This document shows, piece after piece, positions 1-8,981 of a DNA stretch of 64,000 nt; the stretch's first letter is position 1; the number at the start of each line of letters is the position of its first letter. The position numbers and the translations under genes were made by a program. The DNA lies in the IMG/VR virus record IMGVR_UViG_3300025872_000037, positions 32,001 to 96,000 of that record; one strand, given 5' to 3'. The notes beneath the pieces were generated by a model that worked only from the letters and a program-made list of their open reading frames with translations, searched no databases and was not told the origin of the DNA. The stretch is from a virus.

Positions 1-31
1 CCACTGGTTACGACCCAACACGCGGCGCCGT

Positions 32-430
32 ATGAGCAACGACTGGGTACAAGATATCGCTGATATGCACCGCAAGTTCGGTGTCAATGATGCAGTACGC
101 AAGATGGATGCTGATAAGCTAAAAGCATTTTTGGAGTTTCGCATTCGTTTCCTACAAGAAGAACTTGACGAGATGCGAAACGCCGACGATCCTGAAGAAG
201 TAACGGACGCGCTGATTGATCTATGCGTTGTTGCCATCGGAACAATGGATGCTTTGGATATCAACGCTCATATTGCTTGGGATGAGGTGCATCGTGCAAA
301 TATGTCTAAGCAAGTTGGCATCAAGGATTCACGTCCGAACCCGCTTGGCTTGCCAGACTTAATTAAGCCAAAAGGTTGGATTGCTCCATTTCATACTGGT
401 AATATCGGTTTGCTTGAAAAGCTTAAGTGA
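32..430 (+). CDS. MazG/PRA-PH-like nucleoside triphosphate pyrophosphohydrolase (candidate dCTPase)
   Basis: EELDE...DALIDL acidic helices and EVHRANMSK motif; first gene of a base-modification operon. Confidence 0.75.
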   Translation: MSNDWVQDIADMHRKFGVNDAVRKMDADKLKAFLEFRIRFLQEELDEMRNADDPEEVTDALIDLCVVAIGTMDALDINAHIAWDEVHRANMSKQVGIKDSRPNPLGLPDLIKPKGWIAPFHTGNIGLLEKLK

Positions 431-1377
431 AGCACTCACTGACAGTTTTCGATTCGATCTTCGACAACAAGACATCCAAGCGGATGGATTTTGCCGAGTG
501 GACCGATCTCGAGAAAGTACTTTATCGCCTGAGCAAAATGCCAGGTTATAAGGCAAAAAGGGGAGAGATGAAAAAATCATCCTCACTCATCTCTCCCGCA
601 ATCTATCAGCCCAACTCGACCCGAGCCAACGCGAACGTCATCGCATGGGCGGGTTGGGCTGCTCTGGATGTTGACTCCTACGAGGGTGATATGCAGACTG
701 GCCTGGCTCAGTACCAGGACTATCATTTCGTCTGTTACTCGACTGCGTCCTCAACTATAGAGAAGCCGAAGTTCCGTCTCGTCTTTCCTCTGGTTCGTCA
801 TGTTCCGGCTGAAAGCATACGTCACTTCTGGTATGCGCTGAACAAGCAGTTTAATTCCATCGGAGACGAACAGGCAAAGGATCTGAGTCGTATGTACTAC
901 GTTCCTGCTCAGTATCCTGGTGCCAACAACTTCATCTTCACGAACTCTGGTAAGTGGATCGATCCTGACCAGCTCATGGCTCGGCACACCTATCTGCAGA
1001 AGACGAACGGCAGCATCCTCGATGGAATCCCTCAGGCCATGAGGGATGCACTGATGGAGGCCAGGAAGGAAAGGATGACGAATCGAGACGTTCGTTGGAC
1101 GTCCTATCGTGATTGCCCATTCGTCAACAAGAAGCTCATCGGAGAGTACCGGAACATCTCTGGGATCGACGGTTCTGGTCGGTACCGTATGATCTACAAG
1201 ATCATGACCAGCATCGCGTGTAATGCGGTCAAACGGAAGTACCCGATATCCCCAGAGGAGATCTCGAGCATGGTTCGTCAGCTAGACGAAGAGACCTCGA
1301 GGATCTACCAACGGCGGCCTCTGCATGTGGAAGCCGAGCGTGCAATCGAGTACGCCTATGCCCATGCAGATCAATAA
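427..1377 (+). CDS. AEP/prim-pol-like protein
   Basis: LDVD, YSTASS, PKFRLVFPL and D-x-SR motifs typical of phage primase-polymerase domains; GTG start. Confidence 0.6.
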   Translation: MKHSLTVFDSIFDNKTSKRMDFAEWTDLEKVLYRLSKMPGYKAKRGEMKKSSSLISPAIYQPNSTRANANVIAWAGWAALDVDSYEGDMQTGLAQYQDYHFVCYSTASSTIEKPKFRLVFPLVRHVPAESIRHFWYALNKQFNSIGDEQAKDLSRMYYVPAQYPGANNFIFTNSGKWIDPDQLMARHTYLQKTNGSILDGIPQAMRDALMEARKERMTNRDVRWTSYRDCPFVNKKLIGEYRNISGIDGSGRYRMIYKIMTSIACNAVKRKYPISPEEISSMVRQLDEETSRIYQRRPLHVEAERAIEYAYAHADQ

Positions 1378-1393
1378 GTTATGGTGCATTGGT

Positions 1394-1455
1394 AATCAAC
1401 AACTTAGGTAATTCTTAGTTGTTTACCTTTGCAAGGAATTTGCTAGGATATTGGC
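1394..1455 (+). promoter_or_regulatory. Early promoter cassette (IHF-like box, TTTAC -35, extended -10), copy 1
   Basis: AATCAACAACTTA-GGTAATTCTTAGTTG-TTTACC..TGCTAGGAT-6 nt-ATG; repeated elsewhere in the window. Confidence 0.7.
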
Positions 1456-1863
1456 ATGATGATTAACCAACTCGACAAGCAGACCCTCAAGACGATTCGT
1501 GCCGAGCTCGACCTCGCCATGAAGAACATCGAGAACCGGTACGGCGTGGTCCTTCGGACCGGCACCTGCCGCTTCACGTCCGAAGCCGCCACGATGAAGA
1601 TCGAGATCGCCACCCGCGGTGCTGCTGGCGAGGTGGTCGACACCGAGCTTGCCAACCTTCGCCGGAATCTGGCGTACCTCGGCCTGCGCGACGAGAACGT
1701 CGGCCAGACCTTTACCTACGGTGGCAAGACCTACAAGCTGACCGGCTACAAGCCGAAGCGTTACGCGAAGCCGTATCGCCTGCAGTGCCTCAACGACGGC
1801 AAGACCTACGTTGCTCCGGCGGACATGGTTCGTCGTGGCCTCGGTCTAGCCGTCCAGCCCTGA
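1456..1863 (+). CDS. hypothetical early protein
   Basis: ORF directly after the promoter cassette, phage-like codon usage. Confidence 0.75.
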   Translation: MMINQLDKQTLKTIRAELDLAMKNIENRYGVVLRTGTCRFTSEAATMKIEIATRGAAGEVVDTELANLRRNLAYLGLRDENVGQTFTYGGKTYKLTGYKPKRYAKPYRLQCLNDGKTYVAPADMVRRGLGLAVQP

Positions 1864-1865
1864 GT

Positions 1866-2459
1866 ATGCGAGTCAAGCTCACCCCTGAATCGGTCTCCTT
1901 TGCTATCGCAGAGGGGACCGAGATCTTTAAGAATTCTCGCAGCCTCAATTACCGAGACACGGAGCAGATAAAGATTAACAATTCCTTGCGAGGCGCATTC
2001 GGCCAACAAGCCTTCATTGAAGCGACGGGAGGCCGTCGCGTAACAGTTGAGGAGTGTCCAGCCTTTGCGTATGACGTGAAAGCCTCTAACGAGGCGATCC
2101 ACGCGTACTGTGGGTGGACTCTGCCGCTCGAGATGGACGCGGCGCGAGTTGAGGTAAAGACGAGCCGGATTGGCGGCCTCACGAAATGGATATCCTTCAA
2201 CGACCAAATGTTCAAGCACGTCACTAGGTGTGCAACCGCAGGGATGCTCGACTATGTGATCTTCTACGGAGTCCAGAACGAGGACCTGAAGAACTATGAG
2301 GCCGATGTTAGCCTTCTCGGAATTATTTCTGCCAAGGTTCTAACTCAGCAATTCACGGGCCCAGACAGGGAACGCCGACCATCGCTTCAAAACAAAGGAG
2401 ATTCGTTTCTTAATAAGAATAGCATCAACCGACAGAATCTCGGCCATATCTTTTTGTGA
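1866..2459 (+). CDS. hypothetical protein, possible PD-(D/E)XK nuclease
   Basis: ATG at 1866 just after the previous stop; YD...VEVKTS pattern. Confidence 0.45.
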   Translation: MRVKLTPESVSFAIAEGTEIFKNSRSLNYRDTEQIKINNSLRGAFGQQAFIEATGGRRVTVEECPAFAYDVKASNEAIHAYCGWTLPLEMDAARVEVKTSRIGGLTKWISFNDQMFKHVTRCATAGMLDYVIFYGVQNEDLKNYEADVSLLGIISAKVLTQQFTGPDRERRPSLQNKGDSFLNKNSINRQNLGHIFL

Positions 2460-2496
2460 TTTACAACCGCAACCATCTGTTTAGGATCTGACACCT

Positions 2497-3000
2497 ATGA
2501 AGGAATCAATTAAAATCTTGCACGAGTGTGCTGAACTGCAGCTCAAGAAGTCCAATGACTACCAGAATCCAAATTCCACGATCCGCCAAGCGGACTACTA
2601 TCCTCGCGGATTCGCTTCTATCCTGGACATCATCCATACCAAGGTCCTCCGCATGCGCTCGGTCCTCGAGGCCATGGAGAATGACCCAAACTACAATCCC
2701 AACTTTGAGTCGCTTGAAGATTCAGCCAAAGACCTGATCAACTACGCCTCATTCGCCGCTGCGTTCATTCGTGGTGGTATCGATGGCCAGGATCCGAAGC
2801 GTGACTTCTTGAATCGCCCTCGGAAGACTACGACTGGCACCATTAAGATAACTAGCTACGGGCCGCCAAGCGGCCAGCCATTCAATCCTCCTCCGGCAGG
2901 TAGTGTCTACCTGGACTGTAATACACCAGCCCAAGGAAACCTGACCGTCACCGGCACAGAAAACTCTCAGACAAAGTATTTCACCAATGCTAACAGTTAA
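2497..3000 (+). CDS. nucleotide-modification-associated domain protein (Nmad1/DUF1599-like, MazG-like helical fold)
   Basis: KKSNDY...K-x-x-R...ESLEDSAKDLINYA pattern; operon context. Confidence 0.65.
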   Translation: MKESIKILHECAELQLKKSNDYQNPNSTIRQADYYPRGFASILDIIHTKVLRMRSVLEAMENDPNYNPNFESLEDSAKDLINYASFAAAFIRGGIDGQDPKRDFLNRPRKTTTGTIKITSYGPPSGQPFNPPPAGSVYLDCNTPAQGNLTVTGTENSQTKYFTNANS

Positions 3001-3652
3001 AGACATCCGCCAACACTTCAAGGATGCTCTGACCCGTGAGGACTTCGTCATCGACAAGTCCGGTGTCAAGACCATCGAGATGGTCGGCGCCTCATTCCTG
3101 GCGAACGAGGATGCCATTTTCGGTGACGTCAATTGGGACTATGTCCGCCGTGAGATCCAGTGGTATGACAGCATGTCAAAGAAGGTCGCGGACATTCCTG
3201 GAGGTGCACCTAAAGTTTGGCAGGCTGTAGCCTCCAGCAAAGGAGAGATCAACTCCAACTATGGTTGGTGCATCTATTCCTCGGACAATCATAAGCAATA
3301 CTGGTCGGTGATGCTCGAGCTGCTGGCGAATCCAAACAGCCGCAGAGCCGTCATGATCTACACGCGTCCTACGATGCATTCTGATTATTGCCGAGATAAC
3401 ATGTCTGACTTCATGTGCACCAATGCGGTTCAGTACATGATTCGCAACAATGACCTTCATGCCGTGGTTCAGATGCGGTCCAATGATGTCGTCTTTGGTT
3501 ACAAGAACGACCGAGCCTGGCAACACGAAGTGATGGGTCGTCTTCTCGATGATCTGAACTCGAAGGGCGATAACCGCTATGGAATGGGAACTCTGACCTG
3601 GCAGGTCGGATCACTCCACGTCTACGAGCGCCACTTCAACCTCATTCAATGA
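2987..3652 (+). CDS. dCMP hydroxymethylase (T4 gp42-like, thymidylate synthase fold)
   Basis: INSNYGW, DFMCTN (catalytic Cys), MRSNDVVFGYKND with the cytosine-specifying Asp, GSLHVY. Confidence 0.85.
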   Translation: MLTVKDIRQHFKDALTREDFVIDKSGVKTIEMVGASFLANEDAIFGDVNWDYVRREIQWYDSMSKKVADIPGGAPKVWQAVASSKGEINSNYGWCIYSSDNHKQYWSVMLELLANPNSRRAVMIYTRPTMHSDYCRDNMSDFMCTNAVQYMIRNNDLHAVVQMRSNDVVFGYKNDRAWQHEVMGRLLDDLNSKGDNRYGMGTLTWQVGSLHVYERHFNLIQ

Positions 3653-4293
3653 ACTGTAACAAGTGGGACAACCGCTACCTGAGCCTGGCCAGAGAGGTCG
3701 GTTCGTGGTCCAAAGATCCTTCTCGCAAGATCGGAGCAGTGGCAATCGGAACCTGGGGCCAGGTTCTGTCACAGGGTTACAACGGTTTCCCACGCGGCAT
3801 TGAAGATACCGAGGACCGCCTGAACGATCGCCCGACAAAATACCGGTACGTCGTTCATGCGGAGATGAATGCCATCTACAACGCCAGTTTTAGCGGTGCG
3901 ATGTTGGCCGGTGCAACCATGTACGTGCACGGGCTTCCTATCTGTTCAGAGTGCGCGAAGGGAATCATACAGGTAGGAATCGGCCGCGTGGTCATACCGA
4001 GGCAGGAAGTACCAGATAACTGGAAAGAATCCTGTGAGTTCACCCGAACACTTTTTCATGAAGCAAAAATTCAGCTCGACGAAGTCGATTTCACCGAGAC
4101 TCATAGTTGTCGGAATGAACCCAGCGAAAACCCGTGGGAACCGGTCAAGATCTCCATCACTCCGGAGACTGGACGTATGGATGGATCGCCTGAAGATCCA
4201 GAGGTACTCGTTCATCAACAGCTCGCAGGCGCAAAAACCAAGGCTGTCAAATCTAGACCTGAATACTTTGGCCTTGACAAAAGGCTACGATAA
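3649..4293 (+). CDS. cd: dCMP deaminase
   Basis: SKDPS, GYNG, HAEMNAI and PICSEC zinc motifs; the C-terminal ~65 aa overlap the next ORF. Confidence 0.9.
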   Translation: MNCNKWDNRYLSLAREVGSWSKDPSRKIGAVAIGTWGQVLSQGYNGFPRGIEDTEDRLNDRPTKYRYVVHAEMNAIYNASFSGAMLAGATMYVHGLPICSECAKGIIQVGIGRVVIPRQEVPDNWKESCEFTRTLFHEAKIQLDEVDFTETHSCRNEPSENPWEPVKISITPETGRMDGSPEDPEVLVHQQLAGAKTKAVKSRPEYFGLDKRLR

Positions 4294-4450
4294 GGTCATT
4301 GCCCTTGGCGGGTTTGCCTCGCGAGCGCTGGATCGGATATCGGTCCAGCATTTTACTTTACCTCACCCGAGTCCTCTGAATCGAAAACTCAACGATCCAA
4401 AGTTTGAGGCCGCGGCGCTTGAAAAATGCTATAACTACCTGTACGCATGA
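4058..4450 (+). CDS. small uracil-DNA-glycosylase-superfamily protein
   Basis: VVGMNP, VIALG and LPHPSPLN motifs; start at 4058 is inferred. Confidence 0.65.
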   Translation: MKQKFSSTKSISPRLIVVGMNPAKTRGNRSRSPSLRRLDVWMDRLKIQRYSFINSSQAQKPRLSNLDLNTLALTKGYDKVIALGGFASRALDRISVQHFTLPHPSPLNRKLNDPKFEAAALEKCYNYLYA

Positions 4451-5613
4451 AAATTGAAATGACCCCTTACTACGACGAGTTCCTTCGCTACTTTAATCTG
4501 GCAAAGGATCAGCAGGCCAAGTGTAACCTTGGCATTATTCCTTACAAGGAATCTGAAATGGGAGATGCTCTTCTCGAGAACGTCGAACTGTACGATGTGG
4601 TGGAACGTAAGTACGCCGGTTTCTCTCAGATCGTCAATGACGTATTCTATGGATGGGCAGAGGAACATCCATACTGGCACAAGATGAAAGATGGCCACCA
4701 TAGCAAGCAGCGGAAAATCGTGGCCACGAACTGGACCGGTAAACAGAAGGTCTTCGGTCTAGAGGAATGGCTGTACGTCTTCCTGTTGCACCGAGTCTGC
4801 GGATCAGGAATCAATTACTCTCACAAACCATCAGGTTACCACAATACCCTACTCTTCGAACTTCACAAGTGCAATACGATCGAAGAAATGGTGGAGATGG
4901 TAAAGACGTATCCAAAGTCATTCTACACCTCGGTGGGATATCAGTTCCCGGCATTTCCAAAACCACATGCCGGGTCGGGGTACAAGCGAGGCGGTGATTA
5001 TTACTTGGCCGAATTTGCTCCGAGGTTGGTCAGGGACTTCGCAAAATTTTTGCAGGAAGCTCCTTCCCAGAAGGATCTGAGAGTATTGGGAGAATGGCTA
5101 TTTGCCTGGAACAAGAAGAATGGTCTGCGGGCCTACCGCTTCCAGTATGCCGCCTTCATTGCCGATGTCGCGGACTGGTTCCCTCAGTTCGTCAATCGGA
5201 CCAGCCATTTCTACTACGGTTCGAATGCCGTCGAGTGCATCTCGTACCTGGCAAAGCCGATGGGGCGACTGAAGGAGGAACAATTCTTGGATGCCGTGAT
5301 GGACAGAATCTATCTGGACACTGGATCGGTTCCCTACAATGCCGAAGACGTGTGCTGTGACTTCATCCGCTGGGTTGAGAATTATGTTCGTCCTGGAGCA
5401 GACTATGGCCACCTGGATCGAGACAAATTGTGGTCTTCTCACCGAATCACCGATCACCCGTACGGGCGCCAGAAGCCAATGCTTGAACTTGGTCTCATCA
5501 AATCTTTCAACGATTTGGATGTACACCCGTCCGACGACTATATACTGTCTAGGGCTGCAATGACTGTTACGGAATACAAGAACAAAGTGAAGGAACTTTA
5601 TGGCGCACGATAA
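4447..5613 (+). CDS. putative amino-acid:DNA transferase (aGPT-Pplase / HhH-glycosylase-like base hypermodification enzyme)
   Basis: DVVER..FS, FQY..IAD, YYGSNA and AEDVCCDFIRW resemble aGPT-Pplase motif order; sits next to a PLP enzyme. Confidence 0.5.
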   Translation: MKIEMTPYYDEFLRYFNLAKDQQAKCNLGIIPYKESEMGDALLENVELYDVVERKYAGFSQIVNDVFYGWAEEHPYWHKMKDGHHSKQRKIVATNWTGKQKVFGLEEWLYVFLLHRVCGSGINYSHKPSGYHNTLLFELHKCNTIEEMVEMVKTYPKSFYTSVGYQFPAFPKPHAGSGYKRGGDYYLAEFAPRLVRDFAKFLQEAPSQKDLRVLGEWLFAWNKKNGLRAYRFQYAAFIADVADWFPQFVNRTSHFYYGSNAVECISYLAKPMGRLKEEQFLDAVMDRIYLDTGSVPYNAEDVCCDFIRWVENYVRPGADYGHLDRDKLWSSHRITDHPYGRQKPMLELGLIKSFNDLDVHPSDDYILSRAAMTVTEYKNKVKELYGAR

Positions 5614-6487
5614 TCATGTCGTTGACGGAATCAACAAAGACCTGAAAGGATTGTCCTGGGCCGATGCCAAGGACTATTACCTAGGTCTTTGCGAAGGCTG
5701 GAAACCGTACAATCCGCCACCAGTTGTGGTGGAGCACGATGGTGTACAGGTGGTACGCGACGATCTGATCGTTGGTACGAAGACTCGCGCCGGAGATCTA
5801 CTGGCAGCCAAGGCGCCGCTCAAGACGATCGTGTACTGCCAGCCGCGTGTGGGTCTGGCCGGCGTTTCGATCGCCGATGTGGCCAAGAGGCACAACAAGA
5901 ACGTTGTTCTGTTCATGCCTTCCTCGAAGGAGATCTCTCGCCATCAGGCTTGTTGCATCGAGCGCGGTGCCACGGCATACTTCGAACGCATTGCTGCCAT
6001 GCCGAACCTGAATCGGAAGGCCGAGATGTGGGCCAAAGAGAACGGCGCATTCTTCGTTCCTCTCGGCCTCAAACACGAGTTAGCCACCGCTGGTATCGTT
6101 CACGCAGCCTCGATGATTCCGGAACCAGATGAAGTCTATGTGGCCATCTCGACCGGAGTGCTCTCTCGTGCCCTGCAGATCGCCTGGCCGAACGCAAAGT
6201 TCCACTGTGTGGCTGTGGCTCGTAATCTCAAGGAAGGTGAACTTGGCCGTGCCGAAGTCATCACCGAACCTCTGGACTTTACTGTAGCCGAGAAGAAGGA
6301 GAACCTGCCGCCGTTCCCGACGGTCAATACGTACGATGCGAAAGTCTGGAAGTACGTCCCGAAGAATGTCCGCGGAAAGAAGATCCTCATGTGGAACGTC
6401 GGTACCGAACCGGTTCTGAAAGACGAGACCATAATTCAGAAGACGAAGTCCTATCGTGACTGGGCAAAGAAGGAATCTAAAGGATGA
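5600..6487 (+). CDS. PLP-dependent fold-type II enzyme
   Basis: VRDDL..GTK.R (PLP lysine), VAISTGVL phosphate loop, YDAK. Confidence 0.75.
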   Translation: MAHDNHVVDGINKDLKGLSWADAKDYYLGLCEGWKPYNPPPVVVEHDGVQVVRDDLIVGTKTRAGDLLAAKAPLKTIVYCQPRVGLAGVSIADVAKRHNKNVVLFMPSSKEISRHQACCIERGATAYFERIAAMPNLNRKAEMWAKENGAFFVPLGLKHELATAGIVHAASMIPEPDEVYVAISTGVLSRALQIAWPNAKFHCVAVARNLKEGELGRAEVITEPLDFTVAEKKENLPPFPTVNTYDAKVWKYVPKNVRGKKILMWNVGTEPVLKDETIIQKTKSYRDWAKKESKG

Positions 6488-7509
6488 AATCAGTACTCGT
6501 AACTACTCCGATGGCTCCGATCTCGGAGCGCATCAGCTCTCATCGCGCCGCTCAGGCCGTGATCTATGCTGACCAGATTGCATCCAAGGGATATGACGTC
6601 ACGATCAACTTTGGCGGCAAGATCGACAACTACAATGACTGGGATATCCTGGCCGTTTACCACGGTAACGACTGGGGTGGTACGGTCAATATGTTCGGCG
6701 GCGTAAAGGCCTACGCGGCGATCGATCAGATCGTTAACCTATCGAAGTTCAAGGGAGAAGTATGGTCACTGGCAATCGATTTCCCAGACTATGCCGGGAT
6801 GATCAAGCCACGAGTGGACAAAGAACCAGACGCCCATCCAGCCTGGAAGAACGTCGACTGGGAAAATCTATCGAAGATGGTGACTTCGAGCTTGAAGATC
6901 CATACGAACGATTTTGTTGAATCGGGAAAACTTGCCTTCGGAGATTCACATGCGATCTCGATGTACCGTACAGGGTGGGAAGTCAACTCCGTACCGTTCA
7001 AGACTTTATATGGAGCTCTGGATATGGGACTCAAGGAATTTGTTATTGACGACGAGTACCAAGAGCTTGAGGTCTACTTCGGCAACATTGACATTCGTCA
7101 CCACCTGCTTCGTCAGCCAGATCCGAAGAAAGCGACTCAAGAACTCGTGTGCCGGTACGTCAAGCAGGCAAAGGAACTCAGAGAATCTGTCAAGGCCGAT
7201 GTGATTCGTATCTGGGAACCGCTGCCCATCGAGAACGAATCTCGCAAGTTGCCTAAGACCGGTTACTACAAGGGAACTCCGTTCTACGGATCCTGGACAG
7301 AGCGTAACGAGATCCGCAAGGTTTTTGTGGAAGAACTTCTGTCGAATTCTATCGACGGCGTGGATATTTTCCGATGGACCGACAAGCTCCTCAACGAAAA
7401 GGGAGAGCTTGATTTCGAGGCCATGGAGAAACCACAGTCCGTTCATCTTTCTCGTGCCTCCTATCCGCACTGGAGTGGAAAAGAGTGGAACGATTCTCAG
7501 ACAAAATAA
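6484..7509 (+). CDS. hypothetical protein with C-terminal SGNH-like domain
   Basis: FGDSH, FGNID and SVHL blocks in SGNH order. Confidence 0.5.
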   Translation: MKSVLVTTPMAPISERISSHRAAQAVIYADQIASKGYDVTINFGGKIDNYNDWDILAVYHGNDWGGTVNMFGGVKAYAAIDQIVNLSKFKGEVWSLAIDFPDYAGMIKPRVDKEPDAHPAWKNVDWENLSKMVTSSLKIHTNDFVESGKLAFGDSHAISMYRTGWEVNSVPFKTLYGALDMGLKEFVIDDEYQELEVYFGNIDIRHHLLRQPDPKKATQELVCRYVKQAKELRESVKADVIRIWEPLPIENESRKLPKTGYYKGTPFYGSWTERNEIRKVFVEELLSNSIDGVDIFRWTDKLLNEKGELDFEAMEKPQSVHLSRASYPHWSGKEWNDSQTK

Positions 7510-7546
7510 GATTTACAACCGTCACGAAATGTGACATGATACCTTT

Positions 7547-8626
7547 ATGTCATCACTGTTATCTAAGCTTAAGAAAAACTCAAAGATCGATCAGACCGAC
7601 GTGCTGGACAAGTCCGAACTCTTCAATGATAAGGACATGATTCCCACGGATATCCCGATGCTCAATGTGGCACTCTCGGGTTCTCTGGATGGCGGCCTTA
7701 CCTCTGGCCTGACGGTCCTCGCCGGTCCATCGAAGCACTTCAAGTCGAGCTACTCGCTCATCATGGCCTCTGCGTATCTTAAGAAGTACCCAGAAGCCGT
7801 CATGCTTTTCTACGATTCTGAGTTCGGTTCTCCACAACAGTACTTCAAGACCTTCGGTATCGATCCGTCTCGAGTTCTTCACACTCCTGTCACAAATGTC
7901 GAGGAGCTGAAGTTCGATCTGGTCAATCAGCTGAATGGCCTGGAGCGTGGAGAGAAGGTCATCGTGATCATCGACTCGATCGGTAACTTGGCCTCGAAGA
8001 AGGAAGTCGAGGATGCAATGAACGAGAAGTCGGTGGCTGATATGTCTCGAGCTAAGGCTCTCAAGGGTCTGTTCCGTATGGTCACTCCGTACCTGACTCT
8101 CAAGAACATCCCGCTCGTGGCCATCAATCATAGCTACAAGACGATCGAGATGTACTCGAAGGACGTCATGTCCGGTGGTACCGGCATCTACTATTCTGCC
8201 AATGCAGTCTGGATGCTTGGTCGCCAGCAGGACAAGGATGACGATGGTCTGCACGGCTATCACTTCGTGATCAACATCGACAAGTCTCGCTTCGTGAAGG
8301 AGAAGTCAAAGATTCCGATCTCGGTCTCATTCAACGGTGGCGTTGAGAAGTACTCTGGTCTTCTCGAGACCGCGCTGCTCGGTGGCTTCGTGACGAAGCC
8401 TTCGGCTGGTTGGTACCAGCGCAAGGGCGACGAGAACAAGTACCGCGAGAAGGATACATACGCAGCTGAGTTCTGGGATCCGCTTCTCAACTCGAGCGAC
8501 TTCAAGGAGTTCATCAAGGGCCACTTCACCGTTGGCTATCGTTCTATCTTAGATAATGAGGAAGCAAAGATCACCAAGTCAAACCTAAAAAATCTATCAG
8601 TTGAGGACGAAGAGGATGAAGAATAA
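7547..8626 (+). CDS. uvsX: RecA-like recombinase UvsX
   Basis: GPSKHFKS Walker A, YDSEFG, ADMSRAK. Confidence 0.97.
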   Translation: MSSLLSKLKKNSKIDQTDVLDKSELFNDKDMIPTDIPMLNVALSGSLDGGLTSGLTVLAGPSKHFKSSYSLIMASAYLKKYPEAVMLFYDSEFGSPQQYFKTFGIDPSRVLHTPVTNVEELKFDLVNQLNGLERGEKVIVIIDSIGNLASKKEVEDAMNEKSVADMSRAKALKGLFRMVTPYLTLKNIPLVAINHSYKTIEMYSKDVMSGGTGIYYSANAVWMLGRQQDKDDDGLHGYHFVINIDKSRFVKEKSKIPISVSFNGGVEKYSGLLETALLGGFVTKPSAGWYQRKGDENKYREKDTYAAEFWDPLLNSSDFKEFIKGHFTVGYRSILDNEEAKITKSNLKNLSVEDEEDEE

Positions 8627-8981
8627 GATCACCTCTAAATCTTACAAGCTTCTCGACAGCGAGAATGAAACGTATGCCGTACGAATCCTTGACAAAAAGT
8701 ACGAGGATGTTATCATCCAATACGGAAAGATTTCTCTCAAGGTCAACGAAGACTCCGAGACTGCAACGTTGAGCTATAAGTTCAGCATCGTCGATTGCCC
8801 AGATAAATTTATCAAAGAAGATCTGGAACACGACAAGAACTTCAATACATACGTCGGAGACATTCTAACGTTCATCATCCAAAGCGCATTCGATACCGGT
8901 AACTATACCTTCGGCGACGGAAAATCCTCTGATGTCAAATCAACTACAGACAACGATTCTTCAGAAAATCGTAAACGATGA
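8617..8981 (+). CDS. conserved protein between uvsX and gene 41 (gp40 position)
   Basis: Synteny only; ATG near 8617. Confidence 0.55.

Noticed and set aside
2987-3652. Ordinary ThyA thymidylate synthase
   Set aside because: It has Asp at the substrate-specificity position and gp42-like motifs, and ThyX is present separately.
7580-8263. Long antisense ORFs (also 20788-21426, 61934-62566 and similar)
   Set aside because: These are shadows of strongly codon-biased sense genes, with no motifs or expression signals.
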